Assembly (NCBI RefSeq): GCF_038025025.1
Contig: NW_027117343.1
Location: forward strand, 1,488,001-1,552,000
Origin: Phyllosticta citribraziliensis
Lineage: Eukaryota
Reading direction: 5' to 3'
DNA length: 64,000 nucleotides
Below, piece after piece: positions 1 to 13,850 of the stretch; position 1 is the stretch's first letter, and each line of letters starts with the position of its first letter. The notes beneath the pieces are model-generated. The model made no database searches, was not told the origin of the DNA, and saw nothing but the letters and a program-made list of their open reading frames with translations. The position numbers and the translations under genes are program-made.

Positions 1-698
1 ATTCTCTGCTCTTACTTCAAGCTCTTCTTCAACAGGATTTGCGGCCCACGATTTCAAGAGCTCGGCATCATTGAGCAATTCAACGCCACTCCATTGCGCA
101 GTGATGGTGGCGCCTTTGGGACAGCTGCCAAGGGGACGACGAGAAAGCTTCTGCAAAAGACAAAAGCAGCCGCAATCGATCGAGAGATGTCTTCTAGAAC
201 GGACCAAATTTATCTCTTATGCGTTTGACGCTTCTTTGTTGCAAAGCTCCGCCGGAAGAGTCGGCTACATGATGTGTGTCAAAACAAGGTGCGCCTCGTC
301 GGGAGCATTCATGCGTCTTCGCTCCTCTAAGATAGTAAGAGTAGTCTTAATACTGGTACGAGGTAATATCCGAGAGCAGAGTGTAGCCAGGATCAGTCAA
401 CAACGATAAATGTCTGGGTCAGGGGCAATGCGCAACTTTTTCTTCTGTTTGCCAAACAAGAAACCGCTGCTGACTTGCCGATTCCAGGTCTCAGAAGGAT
501 GCACACAAGCCAAAAATACTTGTCTCTTTTCATCGCTATGCCTTGGCTCTCCACATTCTCTCACCATTAGCAAGTGACGCCCCAAGGGCACCCACCGAGT
601 TCCCCCACGCCCCTTGGACTCCCGCCTCATCCTAGTCATAAACCTACTTGCCGGAATCGTTTCCAACAAGTTCCTACAACGAACCAACACCACGAATC

Positions 699-824
699 GG
701 GTCTGTGGTCTAGGGGTATGACACTCCCTTAGCAACATCCAAAACTGCTCTAGATCGTCTAGAATAGTCTCTGATAGCGCTCCTCGAATGGGAGAGGTCC
801 CGGGTTCAATTCCCGGCGGATCCA
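699..824 (+). tRNA. tRNA-Ala(AGC) with a 54-nt intron (735-788)
   Basis: Acceptor stem GGGTCTG/CGGATCC with the G3:U70 alanine identity pair, anticodon arm CTCCC-TTAGCA[intron]T-GGGAG, T arm CCGGG-TTCAATT-CCCGG, discriminator A. The intron sits at the canonical 37/38 position. Confidence 0.95.
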
Positions 825-1722
825 TCACTATCTCCTTCATCTAGGTGATGGGAAGCGTGGTGTTGAGGTTGTGGTGAAGATTTTTTTGCATTTTCGGTGC
901 GAGGGGGTGGAGACGGGAAAGGGACCGAACGGGGACCGTGCACGGGCCGCCTGGGCGTGGGAGCGCGCTTCTTTTTGCGAGAAGCGAGTACGGACGAGCT
1001 GGCACTGCTGCGGGAAGTGCATGACCAGAATAATGGGGGTTATGAGCGTGTGGTAAGGTGTTGGGATAGGGGTTGGCGGAGGAATCGGGCGGATGGGTTT
1101 TTGTGCGTGGGAAACTGCGTCTTTTGTCCCATGGGCATACCGTTCGCTCTTGCCACTTGAGTACACCCCTTCTCAGCATCCAGAAGTGCTTTGCGCGTCG
1201 ACTGCATCGTCAGGGGTTGTTATCGCCAGGGGGGAGCAGAGACGTCGTGCGACGCGCGGCGGGAATGTCCTGGCCGGCTGCACTGTGCGAACGCGCACCA
1301 ACGCCGGCCATCAGAAGCCCCGCCGGGCCCGCAAAAATCTCAGCGCGCCTCGGTCTTCCCGCTCCGCGCGCGCATCAACAACCCACTCTCTTTCAACAAC
1401 AGAACAACCAAACTCGTCTGTTTGAGCTCGAACACCCTGCAATTGCGCTTGACCGCCTCGATTGCTTCATTTCACAGCTGTGCGCGTCGATTGGAATCGC
1501 CCAGCTCAGTCAAGGAGCATTCATCTCTATCGACAGTCGCCAGCCGCCTTGATTCATCGACGCCGGGCGTGAGTGCAAGCGACTCAAAGAGCAGGATCGA
1601 ATATCCGGAGGAATTAGCAGAAAGGGAAATTTCGACACTAGAACAAAGAGCTAAAGTACATCAAACGCACCATTGCACCGTCCGATTCCTGGCCCGCAAA
1701 CGGACCATACCATCTCACCACC

Positions 1723-2706
1723 ATGCCGACACCGCCCTCCCCCTCTCACCCTCTCATCCTGGACGGCGGGCTCGCCACAACGCTGGAAGCGCCACCCTTC
1801 TCACTTCCATTGCAAACGCGCCTCTGGAGCGCCGCTGCCCTGCTCACGGCGCCCAAAACCGTCCGCGCCGCGCACGCCGCCTTCTTCCAGCACGGCGCGC
1901 AGGTTGGCACGACGGCAAGCTACCAAGCCAGCGCGGCGGGCCTGCAGCAAGAAGGCTACGGCTGCAGTCTCCGCGATGTGGTCAGCGCCAGCGTCGGTGC
2001 GGTGCGGGAAGCGCTGGGTGACGGCGCGCAAGAGGTGGCGGGCCTCGGCCAGCGACAGGCGCGCTTCGTTGCTGGCAGCGTCGGCCCGTATGGCGCGTAT
2101 TTGGCTGATGGCAGCGAGTACACCGGAGCGTACGACCTGTCGCGGGCAGGCTTCAAGGACTTTCATCGCGAACGGATGCGCGTGCTTGTGGATGAGGGCG
2201 TCGATGTGTTGGCGCTCGAGACGCTGCCGAATGGCGAGGAGGTCGCGGCGTTGGTTGAGTTGCTCGAAGAGCAGGAGTTTGCGGAGAGCGGCGTCGCGGC
2301 TTGGGTCAGTCTGTCCGTCAAGAGAGATGCGGCGGGCGACGTGACTCTTTGCGATGGCACGCCGCTGTCTGCTGTCTGCGCCACTGTCGAGGCTTCGAAG
2401 CACGTCGTGGCGATTGGCGTCAACTGTGTGCCGCAGGACCTGGTCACGCCAACGCTGAGGCTGTTGAGAGAGCATTCAACCAAGACGCTGCTTTGCTATC
2501 CCAACAGCGGCGAAGTTTGGGATGCAGAAGCCAAGGTGTGGAGGGGCGACAAGTCCCACGGCGCAAGCTTGGAGGAGAGGGTCAGAGAGTGGTGGGAGGC
2601 TGGCGCTCGCTGGATTGGAGGGTGCTGCCGCGTGGGACCCCGGGACATCGAGATCGTGAGACGCGTGGTGGAAGAGCTTTGGGAAAAAGAAGGAGGGAGA
2701 AAGTGA
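1723..2706 (+). CDS. Homocysteine S-methyltransferase (MmuM/Mht1/Sam4 family), intronless, 327 aa
   Basis: N-terminal ILDGGLATTLE, LWSA, AGSVGPYGAYLADGSEYTG, LALETLP, and Zn-ligand motifs GVNC and IGGCC. Confidence 0.93.
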   Translation: MPTPPSPSHPLILDGGLATTLEAPPFSLPLQTRLWSAAALLTAPKTVRAAHAAFFQHGAQVGTTASYQASAAGLQQEGYGCSLRDVVSASVGAVREALGDGAQEVAGLGQRQARFVAGSVGPYGAYLADGSEYTGAYDLSRAGFKDFHRERMRVLVDEGVDVLALETLPNGEEVAALVELLEEQEFAESGVAAWVSLSVKRDAAGDVTLCDGTPLSAVCATVEASKHVVAIGVNCVPQDLVTPTLRLLREHSTKTLLCYPNSGEVWDAEAKVWRGDKSHGASLEERVREWWEAGARWIGGCCRVGPRDIEIVRRVVEELWEKEGGRK

Positions 2707-2769
2707 TCAAGATGTCTTCATATTGTCATGACTACCACGCAACGCCAAACCATGCAAGGGTATCAAAGC

Positions 2770-4639
2770 TTAAACACTCGTCTCATCGCCCGAATCATTC
2801 ACCTTTCCAGCCGTCAGCAAATTCTCGGCCCGGCGCGCGCCTCCGCTCAGTAACACCTCGCGCATGACTTCCTTCTCCTCGGCGCCGGTGCCGTCGCCAA
2901 ACAGCTCGTCGACCTGCTCCAGAGTCCTGCCCTTGGTCTCGGGCACCAGCATGACAGCCCACACGGCGGCGAGCAGACACATGATGGCGAAAAAGACGTA
3001 CGTGCCGAAGCCGGCTTCTTCAATCATGGTCGGCACAATGACGCCGATGATGAAGTTAGAGATCCACACCGTCGCCGTCGACAGAGCCACGCCCTTGGCG
3101 CGGGTCGAGTTGCTGAAAACTTCGCTGGGTAGCGCCCAGGTGAGCGGCGAGTATGAGACGCCGTACATGATGACGTAAATGTAGGCCATGGCAGTGGTGC
3201 CCCAGCCGGCGGCCTTATTTGCGGCCCAGTCGTGCGAGTACATGCCGACAAGGGCGCTCATGACGATGTACGGCAGTGCCATTCCGATGGCTCCCCAAAT
3301 GGCAAGGGGCCGACGGCCGACTTTGTCGATGATGCAAAAGCAGAGCAGGACGGCGACGAGCTGGCCAATGTTCAATGTGCCAGAGAGGACGAGCGACATT
3401 TCATCAGTCTGACCGAGACTGGCAAACAAAGTGGGAGCGTAGTAGATGAAGCTAGGACCGTCAGCGAAGATTTCCCTTGGCAGAAGCACACCGGACATAC
3501 CCATTGATTCCGGAAAATTGCTGGAAAAAGGCTACACCCACGCCAACTGCAGTGCGGCGCCAAGTGCGCTTGTTGAAGAGATCAGTCCAGGTCAGCCATT
3601 CGAGCTTGAGGCCCTTGGCACCTGGGTGGCGCTTCTCCAACATCCTCGCCTGGAACTCGACCTCGGTCATGATGGCCTGATATTCGGTTTGCACGCGGTG
3701 GTCTGTCTGAGGAAGGCGACGGAGCCTGCAGAGGCTTTCGATGCAGTCTTCTTCGCGGCCGACAAGACCAAGCCAACGGGGGCTGTAGGGGAAAAAGTGA
3801 ATGCCGATACCGAGGAAGATGGCGCTGACCATTTGCAGGCCAAAGGGGAGGCGGAAGGAAATGTCTCCCTCGAGGTATCTGCAACTGTTAGCGAAGAAAA
3901 AGGAGGAGTCTGTCAGTCTTACTGTGTGCCATATGAGATCCAGTAAGCAATCACCACGCCGAGGACAATGGACACCGATTCGAGGACAAGGAGAGCACCG
4001 CGGAGATTTGGTGGGGCAATTTCTGAAATGTACAGAGGGGCACCCTGGTTTGTTAGTCCAAGCCAAAAGAGCGTCATTGATTTACTTACCAATGCTAGAG
4101 TTCCAACGCCAATGCCACCAAAGAAGCGTCCAAAAGTGAGAACGGCATAGGTTGGAGCAGCAGTTTGAATAACGGCTCCGATGCAAAAGATGACGACGAC
4201 GACGCTCAACGCCCACTTGCGGCTGATCTTGTCGGCGAGCCACGGCATGAAGAAACATCCCAAAAAGGCGCCCAACTCCAGCATTGCTGTCATGAGTCCT
4301 TTGTAGAAGCCGCTGTTGATCTCGGGATATTGCGCTTTGAATTGTGGCATGACGTTAATAACGGATATCACGCCTTGGTCGTATCTGTTTGGGTCAGCAG
4401 AAGTCTTGTGCAGGGCAAAATCACACGTACCCAAAGGAAAAACCACCAAGAGAGGCAAGAAAGGCAGCTCCGCAGACAAAGGGCGAGCCAATGATGCCGC
4501 TAAAGCCATCGGGACCGTACGCAACATCTTCACCAACAAAGTCGGGGATATCAGACGTTGGAAGTCTTTCGACGTGAGTGGCACCACTCTCGAACTCGCT
4601 TTTGATCTCCTTGTCGGAGAGCACACGCTCCGGCTGCAT
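2770..4639 (-). CDS. MFS sugar porter, 5 exons (introns about 4385-4430, 4046-4089, 3879-3922, 3453-3500)
   Basis: Spliced protein shows GGFSFGYDQG, DKISRK, GRFFGGIGVG, PLYISEIAP, PYSPRWL, FFQQFSGIN, DKVGRRPL and PETKGRTLEQ. Each intron has a GT donor, a CTRAC-type branch site and a YAG acceptor. Confidence 0.93.
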
Positions 4640-7600
4640 TGTGGTTTGAAAGACGGCGGAGGAAGAAAAGTCTTGATTGTTTATTGACAAAGGATTGAGA
4701 GGACAGTCAAGAGAGACGGGGAAATGCAAGCGTATTAAAGGTACTCGACAACGGTGGGTCTACAAAGCATGTCCAGATTGTGGCCATGGTGGATGCCAGC
4801 AAACCGGAAGACTGCCTATTCGGAAGCACAATCCCGTGGAGACAGCTCGGGAAACAGCCACAGCCGTGGGATGGACGAGACGGGCAATTTGACCGACAAG
4901 CAGAGGCGTCTGGGGCAGACGTCTGCAGCAGGCCAAAAGAGGGCGAATGACGACGTGAAGCGAGAGAGGCGGTCCAAAGACGCGCCGAACGCCCGCCGAG
5001 CCAGCCAATCAGCGACGCCATGCTTTTCCCCGACGGTCGTCAGCGGCGGTCGTGTTTCCTTCTCCACACTCACCCCCAAGACCTGGAGAACTGGAGCCCC
5101 AGACTCCACAAGCCGCCGACGGGCCTACTTTGCGTAATACTCGCCTTAGATTGGCCCTTGGCTCCCTGTCGGTGCCACCGCCGCGTCCGCAGCCAGACCA
5201 CGTGAACACTCGTCGTTTCTTTGACGCCCGGCCTGCCTGTCCTCTCTGGTCTCTTCCAATCGCTTCTCCGAGTGCCGTCGTGCAGTAGTCTTGTATGTGG
5301 ACGGGCAGACCCGTCGAGACCAGGCCGTTCCCGGTACCAAAGCCCCGACAAGCAAGGAGGCTCAGAATGAAGCATATCTCGCGCAACGTCATACCTCGCC
5401 TCCCACCCATCCTTGTATCACCTACTGGGTTGTCCGCAGCAACACGGACTTGGATTGGCTTATGCCTCGTTTGATTCGTCCTCGGTCTATGCCTCTACCT
5501 GAACTCGGCCTTTGCTCAACCAAGACGGGAGGAGATCAACGACCGCTAGCCTGTTCAAGACGAGTGTCGACAAGGATCTGTCCATGTTGTGCGGCTCTAG
5601 ACTGCGACCTTTGGCCTGCAAAGTCAAACTCTACGCTTTGCTTTTTCAAACAAGCCGTGGTGCAATTGACCAAGGCAGCTTCATCTACTTGGCCTCCAGG
5701 ACGCGTCTCGTTGGCACGAGTTTCCGATCGAATTTGTCTCCACTCAAGCCATCATTTTCAGGCCTTGCAAAGCCCCCGGCGGGACCCCTATTCCGGACTG
5801 TGCGTCCTTGACGGCTTATGATCGCACAGGTCGTCCAGATAACGTTTCAATTCCCCAGTATTCTTCTCCGCATTTCTCCGCATTTGAACCTGCAGTGGTC
5901 TGGCTGCTTTGCTGAAGCGCAGTCTGGCATGTGCCGGTGGCTCCGCATCCCAGCTCGTCGTGTACGCCCAGTCCTCAACACTACGATGACCTACCTTCCT
6001 GTCTTGATGTGCCCCGGAGAGAAGGATGCAACTCTCCCTTCTTGCTACTGAGGGCCAGGCCTCGCCCGTCGAACATCATCCGTGGCCATCCAGCCGCACC
6101 GGTATCTATTCTGCGTTGTCAAGTACTTTCAGCCAAGTCATACCCAACAATGCACGTCTTGATAATCCACCTTATCGTTCAGGGTCCGGCGAGTTGAGTC
6201 TTCAAAAGACGCACTTCTCCACTTATACCAGGCAGTTCGAGGTCTCGACACGACCCGAAAGGCAATGAATTGCGCAAGATGGACTACGGCCCGGCCCGGG
6301 AAAAGGTTTCTTGCACCAAAGGCTTAAGTTCCCGCTTTGTCGCCGCGAGGCCGACATAGCCGACAGTTGTCTAGACAGCTCGAGACATCTTGCATATACA
6401 TCAGATCTTCGCCGTCGACTACCGATCCTGATATTCCAATGCTGACCGCGAAAAAAACGTCTTCTGGCATCATGCAGGGGCATGTTGCATCGAGTCAAAT
6501 CCTTGATGTCGATCCAGGCTTCAGATGACCACGGCCACGCTTAGGAAACTGCCACATCCAGTGACTTCAGGGTATAATGCCCCGCCACTTCGGACTCTCA
6601 ACACCTCAACTTTCCGCAATGGCTGACACACGCCTTTCCATCGGGCTTTCTTATCTACATGGAGCGTCCGTGTATCAAAATTGACAGGGTCCGCTTCGAG
6701 GATGCTCTCAACACTTTGCGGAAAAGGTGGGCGCTTGCAACACCGGATCAACGCATACAACCTGGCCGTCGGCCCAGCACCGCATCGCCTGGATTCTCCG
6801 ATACCACCATCACTCCCACTCATGGCCACTCGTCTCTTCTGCCGAGCAGTCAGCCCAACTCATTACTCTATCTAAGTATCAAACCGGCTCGCGCAATCCT
6901 TTCAGCTTGTTGGCCATCACTCCCGCTTCTCAGGCTATACTGCTTGCTCGATAGAGCGCACGGCATTCGCATGGTACCCACTGAACGAGGTCGTAATCGA
7001 AACGCCATCCTGATTGCGCCCCGATCAACTGCTCGTGGGCTTACTTGAAGTTGGGATCATTGAGCGGTCAGCGGAAACCCTTTCGACGTTGCTGCTGGGT
7101 CGAAATATGGAACACTGGTGGATTAGCAACAGCAAAGGTCCTCAATGTGCCCAAAATAGTATCCTGCCCCCTCGTCGAGAACCTGCACCACGCCTTCCTT
7201 TGCTATCTCTCTTCCAGATGCGTATGGTCGTCGACGGCGTTTGGCCTTTGTTCTCTCTCCCTCCCTCTCTCGGAAACTCCAACGAAATCGATGTCATTGT
7301 ATGTTTGACGACCTCTGAATTCGACGGATCAAGAATCTCTCAACTCCTGCCGTCCACCTTGTCGTTGAGGAACCCAGTCCAAGGGAGAGAATTTCCATGA
7401 GCCCGTAGCTGACTGCGGAAGACGAAAAGTGCGCTGTGAGCTCATCTTCGAGGCGAAAAGGGCTCGCAGCGATAAGGAGAGGCGGGATGATGGCGAGGAA
7501 TATCCAGTTGCGCTATCCCTCTCGAATACCAACACTCCACGCCCTTTCACTCAACCCAAAGCCGCTGCCATCGAAACAAGCTGGAAGTCAGCGCGTCACC

Positions 7601-9654
7601 TGTCATATGCAGATGGAGAATACGGTCTTCACGTCATGTCTTGCGAGCGGCATAGTGGTCTGACTGTCCGGTCTGACTGTCCGGTCTGACTAACCTGTCG
7701 CTCCTTGTGCCACGTGCCACCATCCCTTGGACTCCCGTTGCACGGTGAGCAAAACAAGTTTCTCCCCCATGTGCTTGACTGCGTCTGCGGTCTCTCTGCA
7801 CCGAAATGGGTGCCGTGGTTGCGAAAGGCGCGTGAAGTTTGCACGCATGCTTTGTATTCTGTTGTCTCCACAACAAGACCAATTCATTCTCCTCTTGGTC
7901 GAGATCTTTTATTCGCACAACCTTCCTGCGCGTGTTTCCATTCTCGTGTGAGCTACATGTCTAATTGTTATGTCGGATGTCAATGCGCTTTTCTGTAGCC
8001 CGTCGTCGTCAGGATCGAATGATGAGAGGCTGGCTGGTACCAGAGACACAGACAAGAGCCGCGTTCATTTTCAATGCCCAGTCCGCAACTCCCGTAGAAA
8101 CTCCCCTTGGCCACATGGAAAAGAGGGAGACGCGCTGTCCAAGTTCGTGTGACTCTCGTGAAAACCTCCTCCCTGGGGTCTCGCACACACAATTATGAGC
8201 AGAGTCCACGCGTGGATGTGCGTACGCTTGGGGGATTTGAGAGTCGCAACATGCAAACTTCCCGCCTCTGCCATGACCGCAATGAATCGATCACTCGAGG
8301 CAATCGTTGAATTCCTTCGCTACCTACCTATCCAAGCGCTGAACTCTACCACCAGCACAAAGTAGCCACTTGGGCGAGTATTGTGCCCACTGGCTTGCGG
8401 AAGAGGATAGTAGCAAGAAGAGGACTGTGAGGGCAATCGATCTGCGAGTAGAAAGCATTGTGGAATTTGGATTGAACGATACTGGTGTTGCAGAGCTGGT
8501 CGGGTCCGGGTGGCTTAAGTTCCCCTTCCAATACCCTAAGCGTGCTCAATGACGTCATGTCATATGCGAGTCATGCGGGAACGTGACTCCGTCGCGACTG
8601 CCTGCCCTGCAGTGCGGTGGCTCTGCCTGCACGCCGCCCCAGCTCTGTTTGCTCTTCGTTTGGTTTCCACGTTCTCCTTCCTCCACCACTTTTGCCCTAC
8701 CAAATCGTTCAACATGGAACGATTCAACGCATCTGGCAACTTTGCCAAAACAGCTGGGGGACCCAGGGCACGAAGACGAGACGGAAGGCCGAATCTGGCC
8801 GCCCAGAGCATTTCAATGACATGGACAGAGAAGCAGCGGATCTACCTGATGAGGATGTGCACGCTGATGAGCCTCAAGCCATTCATCCGGGCGCGACTAC
8901 CATAAACTCGGAGATGGACGAAGTCGAAAGTGAGTTGTCTGGGTCCTCCACTCCCTTTGCTTTGCACACATTGTCTCCTTGAGCATCTTGTCTCGACCAG
9001 TTTCCTCTTTGCCATGAGAAACAGCTTGAGGAGTCGATTTTACAAGATACCCCGGCATATCAGCGATGAGGATGAAGACGCCAAACCTTGAACCACTGGT
9101 GATCTTGCAATCGCGTGCCACCGTGCCTGTGCCTTCGATGACTGCCATTGCCCTCCATACGACCATCCCCCATGTATTCGCCACGATAGTGTCATCTGTT
9201 TGGCGTATCGACGGCATGACGTATGTCTTGTAGGTTGATCATGAGCAAGACAGCAGAGACCTGAGAAGAAGAAGTCACACAGGTACATATCCGCAACATG
9301 GTCATGCGGTGCAGGCTCTTACGCTACAGCTGCAAATTGACCAACACACAGCAAGGACGGACACGAAGCATTCTGACATGCAAAGTAGGGTAACATTGAC
9401 GTCGACATGCATTTTCTAGCAGCGAGATACATATACAGGAAGCCCATTCTAACCGCCTTCTCCAGCATCGCTCGTAGGCTTACTGGCGTCCTCTCCGGAA
9501 CCACCGACCGACTTGCTGGCTCCGTTTCCCGCATCGTCGGCAGGTGTGGTGACTTTCCCACTCGGCCTCCTTTCTGCTGGTTGGCTTTGGACGCGGCCCC
9601 CAGAAATTGGCGTTCATCTGTACCTGCAACTCTATCGAAGGCCTCTGCTTTCCG

Positions 9655-10733
9655 CTAGCAGCTTTCTTCTTCTTCTTTCCTATCCTCAGAAGCTTCGGGG
9701 CTGACTCCGAATTGTGTTGTCCTCTTTTGAGAGGCGCCGCTTGATGGCTCGATCTCCTCGCAGTGTGGCTGCGCTTCTTCGTCCTCAATGTAGGGTTCGG
9801 ATCGCGTCATCCTCTCTTGAGAGGGGCCTCTCGCAGGCTGAGGCATCTCGCGGTTCTGCCGCGCGGGTTCGTCGTCAGGGCGGATGGCTCCAGGTGTTTC
9901 TCGAGCATTCGGGGCGCCTTGCGCTCCTCCAGCCATGTGCTGGCGTTCTGGATTTTGCTCCGGTTGCAGTTGCAGACATCCGAGGTCGTCGAGGTCGGTG
10001 GCAGCTTGCATACCTGGGGTGAGACCCAATCGCATCCCTCGAGCCATCTCCAGTATCTCTTGGACCTTGGGATCGGTTTTGGCGCGCCTTTCGGCGTGTT
10101 CTTGCCTCCGCTTTTGTATATCTTCCAGCCATTTTGGGGGAGCGTATCTCTGCCCCAGTGCCGGGAAGTCCGCCACGTCTCTCTTCCCCTCGTACCATCC
10201 AGACTCAAGGGGAAAGTCTGATGGTTAGGATCAGCGAGTTTCCGCATCCAAGAGCTTGCGCATGCTTACCTTCGGGCGAGCTCTTCAACTCCCGATCCGA
10301 CGTCTGTCGTTGGCGCAGAAGCCTCTCAGGGATCTGCCAATCCTGTTGTTCCAGGGCACTGGACTGACCAGGCACAGCTTTCTCCGCCATCTTCCGCTTG
10401 TAATACGACCTGAATGGGTCGCGCTGACCTCCCTCAGGGTACTGCCAATCCTGTTCTTCCGGGCGACCTCGATCCCACATTTTGGGGTTGGTCGGGGTCG
10501 ACGCGCCGTCTTCACTGACTGCCGAGTTTGCTTGACAGTATCAGATACTACTCCAATTCAAGAGCTTTCGCTTTCTTACCTTCAGGCTGGCCAGGCCTGG
10601 TGGTGGTGGTGGTGTCTGTGTCTTGACTTTGATTAGCACTCTGAAGATACCGCGACGCGACGAGTTTGGGGGACAAGTTACTGGCCGAGGGAGGGTTCTT
10701 GGTGGAATTTGGAGGAGAAATTTCTTGCGTCAT
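9655..10733 (-). CDS. Hypothetical low-complexity protein, about 325 aa, 3 exons (introns 10531-10579, 10218-10269)
   Basis: Removing two GTAAG..AG introns joins three ORF-track fragments in frame (154+261+563 nt). Internal repeat EQDWQxPE. No recognisable domain. Confidence 0.5.
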
Positions 10734-12089
10734 CTACTTGCATTTCCATCAGTACCTGTGAGCTCTGCAAGCACTCAATTCCACCAAGTTCCAGTGCCTG
10801 GCTTCTTCCCTCGACCTAGTCCCGAATCGGACGAATGGACTTCGCCGCCTCCAAGGCCTGTTGACGACAGGATCATGAACTTCCAACTCCCAAAGTCCAG
10901 GCCTGCCAGCGCTTTGCCAACTCGACAACAATGACACCGCTATCTGAAATGGAGGCTCATGCCACTGCCAAAGAAGCTGTCAGCCAAATCTGCGAGACAA
11001 GCGGCCAAAATACAGATAGATTGGCTGCGGTCGAGGGGCGTATCTCAGGACGGTAGTGATGGCGACGAGATGCTGCACCAAAGGCGGCTCCCGGACATGA
11101 CGCGAACCCAGATGCGCTTTGTGAATGACATTCACTTCGCTTCACAAGCTCCGCCATCACAAGCTCAGGCCGCGTCTTGAAATGGTGTAGGCGACCACAG
11201 CGCCGTGATGGTAGCGCCCTCCAGTCCCCATCGCCAGTCTCCTCCCACCCGACTCCATCACCAGACCACCACCTCCAGATCACCACCCACCCATCCTCCA
11301 ATCCATCTTTTGACATCCTGCATCTCCTCCCCTCTTCGCAAGCATCAAGCTCTGAGCGCGTCTTACACCGTCCCTCCTACAAGCGGCCTTGCTTCGCAGA
11401 GGCTCGGTGGGGGCGCGCCCTCAAGCTTGTCACCTTGCCGACGCGTCTCCTGATCCTCAACCTCACCGCACATTCGTCGCCCTACGCGCTGCGAAGCGCC
11501 GGTAAGTAACAGCTACCCAACTTCATCCTCGCTCTTCCGCTGACCTCTTGCCCACAGATCTTTGCCCAAAGCTCGCCGCTTTGACCCGCTGCGCTCAACC
11601 TCGGGGCTTAACCGCCAAGCGCGTCCAAAACAAAGCCGTCCTCGAGACATCTTGAGCTGAGGTACGTCGGGCCTCCAAGCAGACACAGTACCTGCGGCAA
11701 GCTGACAAGCCTGCCTCCGGTCGCTTGAGCCGGTCGGCCAGGACCCTCCGACCTTGTGTCGCTTTCACCTTGAGTCAACCCTGCCCTCTTCCCCAAGCTT
11801 GACCGGACTTCTCGCTGACGCTCTCACAGGCTGCTTCCACCCAGCCCTCCACCTTTCCTCCCTCACCCGCCAAGATCGCCACATTTCCGGACACTTCCAG
11901 GTACGTTCCACTCGCCACTCCTCTTGTCTCGTCCATCCTTTCCCATGGGTGAGCGGTACATGAGGGCGGCAAGATCATCTTGGCTTCGGCCTCGTGGAAA
12001 AGCTCTGCTGCTCCATGAGTTCAATCGAAACCGCACAGCTTTGCGTCTCCTTTCCGCCTTCCTCCCCCTCCTCTGCCCAATCTCATGCG

Positions 12090-13850
12090 CGACCGGACTC
12101 AGGTAAGTCTGCCCCAATGCCACACTCTTTTCACTCGCTGACCACATTTCCTGGTAGTAATCGCGATTTTCGGGGCAGTCACATGCCGCTTCTCCGTGGG
12201 GCCCCTGTGGCTGCTAACAGAGGCAACATTACAAGACGACAGCCAGTGGACCGGCCGGCCACAGGGCACCTCTTGTCCGCTCGCCAACTTGTGGGTGTCT
12301 TCGGACAACCCCAAGTCGGGTTCGGCGCTTTGACCAGGACAGGTATAGCCGCCGTAAGAGTCAAAGTGTCTGTTGTCTCTTGGTGTTCAGCTCTCACCTT
12401 GGGACGCGGCCGAGCCTTTTCCGGAATGGCAGGCTTCCCGTCCCAGTCAAAATGCGCACTTCTTCTTCCTACCTTCTTCTTCTTCTCTCTCTTCTACCTC
12501 TTCCTCTCTTTCTCCGCACGCAACACGGAGCTCCTCGATCTGATGGCCAGCACACTGCGCGGTCCGGTCAAGTCTCTGCGTTGCAAGATCAAACTCGCAA
12601 CGGTCAAACCGCCAGGCACTTGCATTACCTCGGCTGGGCTGACAAACTGCGAAACAAGCCTTTCTCACTCAAGACTTTCGTCTTCATCTCATCCACGGCC
12701 AGGACCTCAGCGTCCGCTCCCTGTTTCTCACCCAGTTGCCTGCCCGTTGCGGGTCGGGGCGCAGGGCAGCAGGCCAAGAAGAGGCGCGACGCCGGGAGCC
12801 ACGCAACAGCTCGAAGCTTGCTCGCTTGATGCCTGGCAGCGTCGCGTCGTCCACCACACCAGTGGTTCTGGAACCTCGCCTCGCGGTGAATCCAGATCTG
12901 GGCTGCCTACCCGGCGGCCAACAGAAAGCCCAGAGCATTGAGCAAACGCTGTTCCGGACAGATCTACTCTTTGCCCGGTTCCCTTCTCTTTGCGAGAACC
13001 GGCAGTGCCATTTTTGCTAGTACCGCGAGTCCGGATCGCGACAACCGGACGTTATGGTGAGCTGTGGCTTTCTTGGGTGAGTGGCGCGCACCTTGGTTTC
13101 CTGGCGAGAGCACTATCCCGGAAGGGTGCATGGAGCCCGATTCCTGAACCAACGCGCCAACCTTTTCCTCACGCGACATGGAGTCTTTGATCTGGCCGCT
13201 TGGTCAGGTCAAGCTTCTCCTCGCCAGATCAAAACTCGCGACAGTCAAACCGCCTGGCATTGCATTGCCTTGGCTGGGCTGACCGACTGCGAAACAAACC
13301 TTCTCAATCAAGACTCTTGTCTAAATCTCAACACGGCCGAGGCTTCAGCGCCTGCTTCCTGTTTCTCACCCACTTTCATTTCCGTTGCGGGTCGGGGCGC
13401 AGGGTAGCCGACCCAGATCTAGACGTGACCGGGCTCCGGTAAGTTTGCTTCTGAAATCTTCCCCTCTTCCTTCCCATGCTCTTCGAGTGCAAAAGCTCAA
13501 CTAGCTGACTCTTTGTACAGTTTTCACGTTGTTCTGGACGCCTTCGGGGGATTCCAGTAGGGGGTGGCCACATGCCTCTCGCATGTGGCTGCTAACAGAG
13601 TCGGCTCGACGTCTTCAACCAGGGCGGCCTGGCTCTTCGAGCACATTGGAGAGCGCGTCAGACTGAGATGCAGCCATATCCGCCGTGCTATGAAAGAGCC
13701 AGTGACCAATGCCTTGCGAAAGAAGGAAACAAACGTTGATCGGCTCTTGGTGTTCAGCGCTCACCATGGTCCTGCAGCCAGCCACTACCCCGGAAGGGTG
13801 TCTGGTACGCGTTCCTAAACAATCGCAACCTTTTCTTCTGTCCTTCTACC
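12090..13850 (+). repeat. Decayed tandem duplication units with plus-strand introns
   Basis: 12587-12770 aligns with 13227-13409; 13111-13170 with 13783-13840; GTGGCTGCTAACAGAG occurs at about 12208 and 13586; homologous donors at 12103 and 13439. Confidence 0.8.

Noticed and set aside
7659..7690. 13-bp tandem repeat GTCTGACTGTCCG
   Set aside because: About 2.5 copies, consistent with simple slippage and with no context suggesting function.
5300..9300. Scattered short ORFs between the sugar porter and the 9.7-kb gene
   Set aside because: No recognisable domain or consistent exon chain; they may be decayed genes but cannot be supported by eye.
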